In this document: piece by piece, positions 8,752 through 16,300 of the stretch | Layout: every line of letters starts with the position of its first letter | Numbering within the stretch: the first letter of the stretch is position 1 | Origin: an uncultured archaeon | Lineage (GTDB): Archaea > Nanohalarchaeota > Nanosalinia > Nanosalinales > Nanosalinaceae | DNA: 20,118 nucleotides | NCBI GenBank assembly: GCA_964421955.1 | Contig: CAYQYU010000015.1 | Location: 1-20,118, forward strand | Direction of reading: 5' to 3' | The notes under the pieces: model-generated | What the model was told of the DNA's origin: nothing | The model's input: only the letters and a program-made list of their open reading frames with translations | The model's database searches: none | Made by a program: the position numbers and the translations under genes

Positions 8752-9645
8752 ATGTCAGAAGATCCTGAAGGTCCAGATAGACCAGATGAACCCACAGATG
8801 AGGAACAGGTAGAAGAGACTCATGTAGAAGAAGAAGAAACTCACGTAGAGGAAGAAACCCATTTAGAAACCACGGGAGAAGAGTACGAGGAAATTCACGA
8901 AGAAGAACTGGAGGAGATAGAAGGACGTGAAGAGTCCGATGGGCTCTACGCCCGAACCAAGAGAAGGATAGGAAACGTCAGAGAGAAGTACTTCACCGCT
9001 GACCCCGATTCAGAAAATTGGGGAGACCAGCCAGTCTTTGGAAACACTAGCCGTAGAGGAGTACTCACCGGAATAGGAGGTCTTGCAGCCGGTGCATTTG
9101 CTCTTTCCGAAGCAACCGATAGAGACGGCTGGGCTATCGACTTGGAGCCCGGAGAGTTCGAGGAACAGCCACCTATCGGAGGTGGAGCACCAGAAGATGA
9201 AGGAGCACAAAACGGAACGGATGGAGAAACTCCGGCAGCAGCTGCAGTAGACATCTCCAATCCTGAGCAGTATGCTTTCGAAACCGAACAGGAACTCATC
9301 GATGAAACAGGGTTCTGCTACCCTGGAGAGGCGGATGTCTACATCGGCGCCGTCGATGCAAGTGAGGTCCAGGAGATGTTCGACGAGGGCTCTTTCAACG
9401 GAGACGATCCTACAGGAGCTCTCAGCTTCGAAGAAGTCGAGATGGAACTCAGCGACATCACCGCGCACCAGAACATGTATGCCGTGGATGTCGACCGAAA
9501 GCAGGGTAACAACGGAGACTATGACCTCTTCGTCCAGCTAGTAGGTGAAGAAGACGGAGGTATGTACGTGACTCGCAAGGGTGCGGCACAGGTCTCCAAT
9601 CTTGATTTCGAGGAAGTCTTCGAAGGCTACCATGTATGCAACTGA
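8752..9645 (+). CDS. Hypothetical very acidic protein with an internal twin-arginine-like motif and hydrophobic segment
   Basis: GAGGTGA ribosome-binding site before ATG 8752. Three EETH(V/L)E repeats. SRRGVLTGIGGLAAGAFALS at residues ~100-119. Confidence 0.8.
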   Translation: MSEDPEGPDRPDEPTDEEQVEETHVEEEETHVEEETHLETTGEEYEEIHEEELEEIEGREESDGLYARTKRRIGNVREKYFTADPDSENWGDQPVFGNTSRRGVLTGIGGLAAGAFALSEATDRDGWAIDLEPGEFEEQPPIGGGAPEDEGAQNGTDGETPAAAAVDISNPEQYAFETEQELIDETGFCYPGEADVYIGAVDASEVQEMFDEGSFNGDDPTGALSFEEVEMELSDITAHQNMYAVDVDRKQGNNGDYDLFVQLVGEEDGGMYVTRKGAAQVSNLDFEEVFEGYHVCN

Positions 9646-9661
9646 CCCGGGGTGATCAGAG

Positions 9662-10864
9662 ATGAAACTCAAACGCCTGAAAGATCCCCTTGTTTTATTT
9701 TTAATCTTAACACTGGCAGTCGGAACACTGGCTGCCGGGGTCAGTGCCCAAGACGGCTTCGGATCCGACTCCGACTCGCAGAACTCCGATTCGGAGATCA
9801 CCAGCTCGGATTTCGGATCGGATGCTGACGACTCGAGTGACGGCACCACCAGCGACACCAGCACCAGGTCAACCGCCACCGGATCTGACAACGATGATGT
9901 CGGCAGTTCCCGCGATGGATTCGGCGAAGACACCGATGACGCCGGATTCGGGAATCCGTCCGACTCTGATTCGACTGGTTCAAATGTCTCCAGCGGAGAT
10001 TTCGGAAGCGACACAGACGATTCGGGAAGCGCGAGCGACGGCTACGGTGGAGACGCTGACGATGCAGGAAGCGGCCGTGACGGAGCCGGCGACGATACCG
10101 ACGATTCCGGGGGCATCCGGAACGGTTTCGGTGACGACACTGACGACCAGGGACCGACCAGCCACGAGGGCTCAGGTTCCACGAGTATGGGTGTGACCAT
10201 GTCACCACAGACAGTCGCACCTGGCGATAAGGTGGAAGTCACAGGAACTGTCGGCGGAATTGAAGACGACGTTATCGTGGAGCTGAACTCGGAGCAGGTA
10301 GCGACCGCAACTCCTGACAGTAACGGAGATTTCAGCGCATCCTTCCGGCCACAGGAAACCGGAACCCACACGGTCACGGTTACTTCGGGAGGAATCACCA
10401 GAAGCTTCACTCTCGAGGTGATATCCGATGTCGAGATCACCTCCGTGACCTGGCCTGAATCCGTAGAGGCAGGTTCAACTTTCCAGGTGTGTGCTGATGT
10501 TGTCTCGTCAAGCACACCGCAGGTGACACTCTACGTCGATGGTCAGTCGGTACAGACCATGAACCAGCAGGGAGTCAACTGTTTCCAGACCTCGATGCAG
10601 CCTGGCGACCACCAGCTCCGGATCGAGGCCACGGCCAACGGAAAGTCCGACCAGAGATCGGCTACAGTGAATGCCTATAGCCCTGGAACAGGCAATCCTG
10701 GTGGAGCCAACGGTGGAAATGATGGAGTTAACAACGGGGGGACGCCTGATGCTCAGGGGCCTCTCGGACAGTTTATCAGCTCCGTTTCCGCTAACGCCGT
10801 CCTGATAATCATCGTCATACTCGTGGCGATTGCAGCGGCCGTCGGGGTCCGAAGATTCGATTAA
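9662..10864 (+). CDS. Secreted, membrane-anchored surface protein with D/S/G-rich repeats and two Ig-like domains
   Basis: N-terminal signal peptide (MKLKRLKDPLVLFLILTLAVGTLAAGVSA), about 7 xxFGxDxDD-like repeats, beta-rich Thr/Val domains, C-terminal hydrophobic helix followed by RR. GGGGTGA ribosome-binding site. Confidence 0.88.
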   Translation: MKLKRLKDPLVLFLILTLAVGTLAAGVSAQDGFGSDSDSQNSDSEITSSDFGSDADDSSDGTTSDTSTRSTATGSDNDDVGSSRDGFGEDTDDAGFGNPSDSDSTGSNVSSGDFGSDTDDSGSASDGYGGDADDAGSGRDGAGDDTDDSGGIRNGFGDDTDDQGPTSHEGSGSTSMGVTMSPQTVAPGDKVEVTGTVGGIEDDVIVELNSEQVATATPDSNGDFSASFRPQETGTHTVTVTSGGITRSFTLEVISDVEITSVTWPESVEAGSTFQVCADVVSSSTPQVTLYVDGQSVQTMNQQGVNCFQTSMQPGDHQLRIEATANGKSDQRSATVNAYSPGTGNPGGANGGNDGVNNGGTPDAQGPLGQFISSVSANAVLIIIVILVAIAAAVGVRRFD

Positions 10865-10867
10865 ACC

Positions 10868-10893
10868 TTTCCATTTTCTTTTCTTTTTCTTCT
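10868..10893 (+). terminator. Oligo-T, archaeal-type terminator
   Basis: T-rich tract (TTTCCATTTTCTTTCTTTTTTCTTCT) immediately after the stop codon at 10864. Confidence 0.55.
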
Positions 10894-11044
10894 GAATTGC
10901 CTAGAACCATATAAACGGCTTTATTGCAGCTTATATGATATATAGAGATGTAAGAATATCCTTATAGGTAAAGAAGCTATTTTAGTTTATCTACCAGGCC
11001 AGATAGAGCTTAGAAATCTAATGGTTGCCTGAGAGGTGGTTTAG

Positions 11045-11704
11045 ATGCCTGAAATACAATGGGAAGAATGTAGAGAATCTCTTGAGGCTGGGGGAGACGT
11101 CTCAAGGAGAAAATATCTTAAGGTTCTCGGGGCAGCAGGAACAACTGCGTCGACTGCTGGCTGCATTTTCAGTGGCGGAGCCACAGAGATCCAGAATCAG
11201 TCCCGTTCAACACAGAATGCTCTCGAAACCCAGCTTCCGTGGGGCTCATACAGGCTGAACTATATCGTTGATAGCGTTGATGTAGACCTGGATAAGGTGG
11301 GTAATACCGGGGTTGAAGGCGCTAGAACATACAGGATCAGTTCTGAAGTCTCTCTTGCCGACAACTCGGATGACCTGGATGGATGGCTGTCGACTGAAGA
11401 ACTGACTGAGGAGTTTTTCAGCCTTCTCAATAAAACCGCCTATGATATGTTTGCAAAGACCTATGAAGGATTTCAGGATTTTTCTCCGCCCAACCAGCCC
11501 AGCCACAGGAATCAGGTGGTCAGCTACCGTGTCAAAATAAGTGCGGAGGGCTGCTCATATATACAGTACGATGTTCCGGCGCAGATAATGGAAGGGACCC
11601 TGTCAAGCCGCCAGGCCTTTTCAGACTACTCTGACCGGCAGGGAGGAAATATCAAGGTGGTAAGGGACAGTGGCCGCCTTGGACTTGGAATATGGTGCGA
11701 TTGA
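11045..11704 (+). CDS. Putative Tat-exported lipoprotein
   Basis: SRRKYLKVLGAAG twin-arginine motif followed by lipobox-like TAGC. GAGGTGG ribosome-binding site. Confidence 0.82.
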   Translation: MPEIQWEECRESLEAGGDVSRRKYLKVLGAAGTTASTAGCIFSGGATEIQNQSRSTQNALETQLPWGSYRLNYIVDSVDVDLDKVGNTGVEGARTYRISSEVSLADNSDDLDGWLSTEELTEEFFSLLNKTAYDMFAKTYEGFQDFSPPNQPSHRNQVVSYRVKISAEGCSYIQYDVPAQIMEGTLSSRQAFSDYSDRQGGNIKVVRDSGRLGLGIWCD

Positions 11705-11719
11705 GTCCTGCCCATCTAG

Positions 11720-11889
11720 TTTCAGAAGTTTGCGGCTACCGGGATCCGAACGAATGGCAGACTCGAAGAACTTTCTTCTGCGATCAAGAAAACTCGAAGA
11801 GTTTTCGATCGATCCCCTTTCTGGAAGGCATTCTCTGAATGCCTTATGATGATCAAACTTTCAGAAGTTTGCGGCTACCGGGATCCGAA
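11720..11889. repeat. Perfect 31-bp direct repeat (11720-11750 and 11859-11889) containing a degenerate tRNA-Glu 3' end, with a hairpin cluster between and after the copies
   Basis: TTTCAGAAGTTTGCGGCTACCGGGATCCGAA occurs twice. Its last 20 nt match 11973-11992 at 17/20 positions. Confidence 0.92.
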
Positions 11890-11972
11890 ACTCTAGCGAG
11901 TTTCTGCTCCTCACAACTCAGAGAGTTGCTTAGTTGCAAGCAAATCCCGGTTCCTAGCATACGTGAAACGGA

Positions 11973-12047
11973 TGCGGCTGCCGGGATTTGAACCCGGGTC
12001 TTCGGCTCGAAAGGCCGAGATGATTGGCCAGGCTACACTACAGCCGC
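11973..12047 (-). tRNA. tRNA-Glu(TTC), intronless
   Basis: GCGGCTGTAGTGTAGCCTGGCCAATCATCTCGGCCT-TTC-GAGCCGAAGACCCGGGTTCAAATCCCGGCAGCCGCA folds into a cloverleaf of 75 nt. Confidence 0.96.
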
Positions 12048-12073
12048 GCTAGAGAAACTACAGAGAAAGGAGG

Positions 12074-12081
12074 ATAATTAA
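12074..12081 (-). promoter_or_regulatory. Putative TATA box (TTAATTAT) for tRNA-Glu
   Basis: AT box 34 nt upstream of the tRNA 5' end, preceded by a purine-rich BRE-like AAAAGTG. Confidence 0.5.
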
Positions 12082-12086
12082 CACTT

Positions 12087-13022
12087 TTAAGCATGTCCGG
12101 GCTCTAGATAGAGAATGTCTTCCATGGTTCTTATGGTGCCCGAAAGAGTTTCTTCTCCCTCGTCAAGAGGGTGGCTGCTCTTGACTATTATGTTGTCCTT
12201 GCTGTCCGAGAGCGTGTAGAGGTAGCTGCCCTTGATATTCCTCTGGAACTTGAGTTCGCCGCTTACCCTGGCTTTCTGGCCCTCCATGCCCCACGAAACG
12301 TCTGAAGGCGCTATAGAGCTCTTTTTGAGTCCCTGGGAGGGTCTGTGTGATCGGGTGCTCTCTATCTTCTGCTCAAGCTCCTCTATCTTCTGCTCGAGTT
12401 CCTGCAGGTCGATGTCTGACAGCCTCTCCTTGCTGGCCTTCTTTTCAAGGTCCTTTCTCAGGTCCTCCAGATCGTTCTCAAGGCTGATTATGTTCTGCTT
12501 GAGCGACTTCTTTTCGTCCTCTATCCGGGAGTTAAGGGACTGTATCTCGCCGCTGATATCCTCCATTTTTGCGCCGAGTTCGTCATGGTTGTCGACCACC
12601 TCTTCCGTGTTCTCTAGACGGGATTCAAGGTTACTGTGGTTGTCCTGGAGTTCCGAGATATGCTGGTCTATCATGCTCTCCATGTTCTCCCTGAGCTCGG
12701 AGGTTCTCTGTTCAATCAGCTGGTCAATCTTGTTGTGCTCGTGTCGGGTAACTTCTTCGAGCTCGTCGCCGACCTCGTCCACTATCTTTTCCCTGATGCG
12801 GTTCACAGCCTCCATGAATCTTTCATGATCCTGTTCGACGTAGTTCCGGAAGGCTCTCTCCCATTCACTCTTCATTTCCTCCAGAGAATCTTCTATGGCG
12901 CTGTTAACACGGTTCTTTATCTTGGATGTTTCCTCTTCCTGCAGATCCTTTAGCTCGTTCTCCAGGTCTACTTCGTCAGAAGCTCCCTCGTGAGAGTCTT
13001 CTTCCAGGAAATCGTCACTCAT
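12087..13022 (-). CDS. Acidic coiled-coil protein with a possible C-terminal OB-fold domain (~311 aa)
   Basis: Long heptad-rich E/K/L region. The C-terminal GQKARVSGELK...YLYTLSDSKDNIIV..LSGTI pattern resembles an OB fold. Start trimmed to ATG 13022 to avoid overlapping the HIT gene. Confidence 0.78.
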   Translation of the reverse strand: MSDDFLEEDSHEGASDEVDLENELKDLQEEETSKIKNRVNSAIEDSLEEMKSEWERAFRNYVEQDHERFMEAVNRIREKIVDEVGDELEEVTRHEHNKIDQLIEQRTSELRENMESMIDQHISELQDNHSNLESRLENTEEVVDNHDELGAKMEDISGEIQSLNSRIEDEKKSLKQNIISLENDLEDLRKDLEKKASKERLSDIDLQELEQKIEELEQKIESTRSHRPSQGLKKSSIAPSDVSWGMEGQKARVSGELKFQRNIKGSYLYTLSDSKDNIIVKSSHPLDEGEETLSGTIRTMEDILYLEPGHA

Positions 13023-13106
13023 ACAGATGATTGTAGAGAGCTTCAATAAAAGCTTGACGAATGTCTGACCGAAAAAGATTAGAGCCTTTGAGACAGTCCC
13101 TATTGT

Positions 13107-13511
13107 ATGGTTGATGACTGTGTTTTCTGCAGCATAATAAAGGGAGATATACCCTCGCATACTGTATACGAGAATGATGATGTCGTGGCATTCCTAGACG
13201 CCAACCCGGTCTCGAAAGGCCATACGCTGGTAGTTCCGAAGAAACATGTTGAGACCGTGCATGAGGCAGGGGAGATGGACTACATGTGGGAAGGTCTCGT
13301 CAAAGTTGCCAACGCCATCAGGGATGCGTTTGAACCGGAGGGCCTGAACATCAACCAGAACAACGGCGAGAAAGCAGGGCAGGAGGTCCTCCACATGCAC
13401 TTCCACGTAACTCCCCGGTACACCGGAGACGAGATCAATATCGACTACGACCGTTCCGAGCTGGAAGGTGGAGAAAAGATAGCGGGACAGATTTCGGCGG
13501 AGATAACTTAA
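13107..13511 (+). CDS. HIT-family nucleotide hydrolase
   Basis: DCVFCSI, AFLDANPVSKGHTLVVPKKH and GQEVLHMHFHV histidine triad. Confidence 0.95.
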   Translation: MVDDCVFCSIIKGDIPSHTVYENDDVVAFLDANPVSKGHTLVVPKKHVETVHEAGEMDYMWEGLVKVANAIRDAFEPEGLNINQNNGEKAGQEVLHMHFHVTPRYTGDEINIDYDRSELEGGEKIAGQISAEIT

Positions 13512-13534
13512 TACCGGAGCGATAAAAGGGTTCC

Positions 13535-14356
13535 ATGGCTTTCCTCGAAAACCTCTTTTTCGTGTTTATTGCTGGTCTGATAACAGACCTGGCGACCGGA
13601 ATCGGTGCCCTGCCGTTCTTCTTCAAGACAGAGTTCAGCGACCGCTGGCTTGTCGGACTATGGGGGCTCGCCTCCGGTATAATGTTCTTCGCCTCGATCT
13701 TTGGATTGATACCGGAAGGGCTTAACGCTGGCGCGGCCTACACCTTCCTGGGCTCAAAGTACCTGGCTGTCGGGCTGGGTCTCGTGACCGGAGTGCTACT
13801 GGTCGAGGCTGGAAGCCGTTTCCTTGAGGAGCGTGAGATTGATCCCGGGACTTTCGAGAAGGCCACCTTCAAGAGGATGATATTGATCCTCGGCGTTTTG
13901 ACAGTCCACAGTTTTCCCGAGGGTGTCTCGATCGGTGTCTCGTTCGCCGAGATGGGGCTGGGGAACGGTATACCTCTACTCGGCTTTGCGGTTCCACCTC
14001 TAGCCATAATAATGACCATAGCAATCTCGGTCCACAACATTCCAGAGGGCGTCGCCATCTCGATACCTTTCAGGTCCATGGGCATGAGCAAGTGGAGGAT
14101 GCTTGGAGCAACAATTTTCTCCAGTTTGCCGCAGCCTATAGGAGCCGTTATAGCATTTGTGTTTGTGAGGCAGGCACGCCAGTTCATGGCCGCGGGCTTC
14201 GGCTTTGCGGCGGGGGCAATGATTTACCTGGTGCTGACAGAGTTCGTTGACGAGGCCAGAGAACAGGGCGAAAACCTTGACGACTGGTGGCGAACGTTTG
14301 CGGCCGGAGTCCTGGGCGGGCTGTTAATAATGGCTCCGTTACTAATATTCCTTTGA
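13535..14356 (+). CDS. ZIP-family (ZupT/GufA-like) divalent metal transporter
   Basis: Multiple TM helices, HSFPEG and HNIPEG metal-site motifs, FAAGAMIY. Confidence 0.93.
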   Translation: MAFLENLFFVFIAGLITDLATGIGALPFFFKTEFSDRWLVGLWGLASGIMFFASIFGLIPEGLNAGAAYTFLGSKYLAVGLGLVTGVLLVEAGSRFLEEREIDPGTFEKATFKRMILILGVLTVHSFPEGVSIGVSFAEMGLGNGIPLLGFAVPPLAIIMTIAISVHNIPEGVAISIPFRSMGMSKWRMLGATIFSSLPQPIGAVIAFVFVRQARQFMAAGFGFAAGAMIYLVLTEFVDEAREQGENLDDWWRTFAAGVLGGLLIMAPLLIFL

Positions 14357-14742
14357 TGTCAATGCAGGAGTTAGCGGGAAATCTGATATTTGAAGACGGG
14401 AAGGTACTGTTGCTCTACCGTGAGGATGAAGAGTACTGGGAGGTGCCTGGTGGAAAAGTAGAGGATACAGAGTCGCCCACCGAGGCCGCTGTTAGAGAGG
14501 CCAAGGAAGAGATCGGTGTAGAGGTCAAGCTGGAGAAACCGTTCTTCTCGGGTGAATTCCAGCACTCGGGAGAAATATTCCTCTGGCACGGCTATATCTC
14601 CGAGATAGTTGATGGAGAGCCCGAACTCCAGGAAGGAAAGTTTGAGAAGATGGAATGGTTTGAGGGCTCCAGACTCGATGAGCTGGAGCTGGCGCCGAAC
14701 CTTGAGATGATTCTGCCGGCGCTTAGAAGGGTGCTCAGGTAA
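14356..14742 (+). CDS. NUDIX hydrolase
   Basis: Nudix box [26 protein letters not shown] overlaps the ZIP stop (TGATG). Confidence 0.92.
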   Translation: MSMQELAGNLIFEDGKVLLLYREDEEYWEVPGGKVEDTESPTEAAVREAKEEIGVEVKLEKPFFSGEFQHSGEIFLWHGYISEIVDGEPELQEGKFEKMEWFEGSRLDELELAPNLEMILPALRRVLR

Positions 14743-14935
14743 TCTTGTGCTCGCCGATTTCGTCAATCGTGTCGACGTGTGTCAGGAAGATTGTCCTGCA
14801 GCAGTACTTCTCTAGCCCAAGATCGTCGAGAACTTCTCCCGGATCTTCCTCATCTTCTTCTACACGTTCCTGGAACTCTTCCCATTTGTCTCCGATGACT
14901 TTGCCGCATGAAAGACATCTAACTGGTATCTGCAT
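14735..14935 (-). CDS. rpoN: DNA-directed RNA polymerase subunit N (Rpo10)
   Basis: [12 protein letters not shown]...[13 protein letters not shown]. Confidence 0.97.
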   Translation of the reverse strand: MQIPVRCLSCGKVIGDKWEEFQERVEEDEEDPGEVLDDLGLEKYCCRTIFLTHVDTIDEIGEHKIT

Positions 14936-14950
14936 GTTTTGATTGCACCT

Positions 14951-15352
14951 TTAACGGTAGGACTTCTGCTGTTTGTGTCTCGCCCCTTTGGACGACTGGG
15001 ATGGTTTTCTCGTTTCTGTACGTCTCGGATCTTCGACAAGCATGTTCCTGTCGTACTCACGGAACTCTCGCTCGAGTTCATCGTCATCCGTGTATTCGAC
15101 GAGTCCTCGGGCGATAGCCATTCTTATGGCTTCTGCCTGTCCCTGGACCCCGCCGCCCTCGACGTTGACCTTGATCTCAAGGTCATCTACTATTTCTGCT
15201 CCAGCAATTGTGAGGGGCTCCTTGATGCGCTGCCGTGACATCTCTGGTAGCGTGTGGAGAGGCCGGGAGTTAATCCTCAGCGTCCCTTCTCCTTCCTTAA
15301 CTGATGCTCGTGCCTTCGCGGTCTTTCTCTTTCCTGTGGAGTGTACTGCCAT
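14951..15352 (-). CDS. rps9: 30S ribosomal protein uS9
   Basis: TGKRKTAKARA, GGGVQGQAEA, DPRR.E.RK and QKSYR C-terminus. Confidence 0.97.
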   Translation of the reverse strand: MAVHSTGKRKTAKARASVKEGEGTLRINSRPLHTLPEMSRQRIKEPLTIAGAEIVDDLEIKVNVEGGGVQGQAEAIRMAIARGLVEYTDDDELEREFREYDRNMLVEDPRRTETRKPSQSSKGARHKQQKSYR

Positions 15353-15780
15353 CAGTTTCGATCACCTCTTGGAGTCCAGCCTATATACCTTGAGACTTCG
15401 CCAAGCTTTACATAGTTCCTGTTCTTAAGATCGTCGCCTTCTTTTACTTCTACTTCCTCGAAGTCTTCGAACTCGTCGGGAATACCGATATATGTTTTCA
15501 CGCGGTCAAATGCGTCTCCGCCTTCAGAGGTCTTGTACGGGAGCATTCCTCTCACGGTTCTCTTCAGGATTCTCTCTGGAGACTTCGGGAAGTACGGTCC
15601 GTCGTGTCTTGAACCTCTCTCCTTTCTCTGCCGGTACTCGGCCTTGACTTCCTCTTCATCCCCGGAGATAACAGCATCTTCAGAATTAACCACTCTTACC
15701 TCTTCACCGTCTCTGGCATTTCTAGCGATTTCTGAAGCGAGTCTTCCGAGAACCCTGTTTTCAGCATTTATTACTTTCAT
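15352..15780 (-). CDS. rpl13: 50S ribosomal protein uL13
   Basis: VINAENRVLGRLAS, GPYFPKSPERILKRTVRGMLP. Confidence 0.97.
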   Translation of the reverse strand: MKVINAENRVLGRLASEIARNARDGEEVRVVNSEDAVISGDEEEVKAEYRQRKERGSRHDGPYFPKSPERILKRTVRGMLPYKTSEGGDAFDRVKTYIGIPDEFEDFEEVEVKEGDDLKNRNYVKLGEVSRYIGWTPRGDRN

Positions 15781-15834
15781 TCAAAACTCACCTGAGTTTC
15801 TGCATGTCCAGAAAATCTCTGATTTTCTGTCATT
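15777..15834. repeat. 53-bp double-hairpin insert flanked by a TCATT/AATGA duplication at the rpl18e-rpl13 junction
   Basis: TCATT at 15777-15781 and 15830-15834. Hairpins at 15782-15801 and 15809-15829. Confidence 0.75.
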
Positions 15835-16180
15835 TTACAATTCTCACCTCTGAACCTTCTGGATTTTCCTCAACAAGCTCTTCGATAAACTGGAAGCTAC
15901 CGTCCTCTTCAATTGCCTTTCTGGCGCTCCTCGATGCCTTGAACGCGGCAACATCGACCTTCTTCGTCAGACGGCCTGATCCAAGAACTTTTCCCGGAAC
16001 AACTACGGTCTCCCCGTCCTCCGCTACACGTTCGATATCGGAGAGATTGACTTCCGGCCGTTTTCTATTAACTTTTCCAAGATTTTCTCTAACAACACTC
16101 CAGACTGGTGCGTCCTGCTTTTCCAGGAGCTCCAGCGTCTCGACAAGTACGGGATTGGTTGGGTCTGCTTTCTTATCCAT
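15830..16180 (-). CDS. rpl18e: 50S ribosomal protein eL18
   Basis: TNP, VNLSDI, VVVPGKVLGSG and VAAFKAS. GAGGTG ribosome-binding site. Confidence 0.96.
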   Translation of the reverse strand: MDKKADPTNPVLVETLELLEKQDAPVWSVVRENLGKVNRKRPEVNLSDIERVAEDGETVVVPGKVLGSGRLTKKVDVAAFKASRSARKAIEEDGSFQFIEELVEENPEGSEVRIVK

Positions 16181-16284
16181 TTGATAGCACCTCGCGGCTG
16201 TGGTATGCCCGGAGGCTTTCCACTTAAGCAGATCTATTGATCTGCGGCCACTTTGCGGCTGTAGTCATCCAAACGAAGTTAAGA

Positions 16285-16292
16285 TTTATAAA
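16285..16292 (-). promoter_or_regulatory. TATA box (TTTATAAA), likely for rpl18e-rpl13-rps9-rpoN
   Basis: Consensus archaeal TATA box just downstream of tRNA-Leu(TAA) and upstream of rpl18e. Confidence 0.55.
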
Positions 16293-16300
16293 ACGAACTT

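Noticed and set aside
11720-11889. 31-bp direct repeats as a mini CRISPR array
   Set aside because: Only two copies, a 108-bp structured spacer, repeat derived from the tRNA-Glu 3' end, and no cas genes.
8414-11992. Integrated provirus or plasmid at tRNA-Glu
   Set aside because: No integrase, replication or virion genes, and the tRNA-like repeats lie within 260 bp of the tRNA rather than bracketing the genes.
12232-12828. Ser/Phe/Leu-rich antisense ORFs (also 386..808, 4619..5185, 6062..6775, 9538..10515, 14973..15428 and 17954..18283)
   Set aside because: Shadow frames produced by GAA/GAG/GAC-rich acidic genes on the opposite strand.
16255-16265. GCGGCTGTAGT identical to the first 11 nt of tRNA-Glu, suggesting a split-tRNA half
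   Set aside because: No D-arm or anticodon arm follows, tRNA-Glu is already intact, and the match is explained by chance plus a local duplication.
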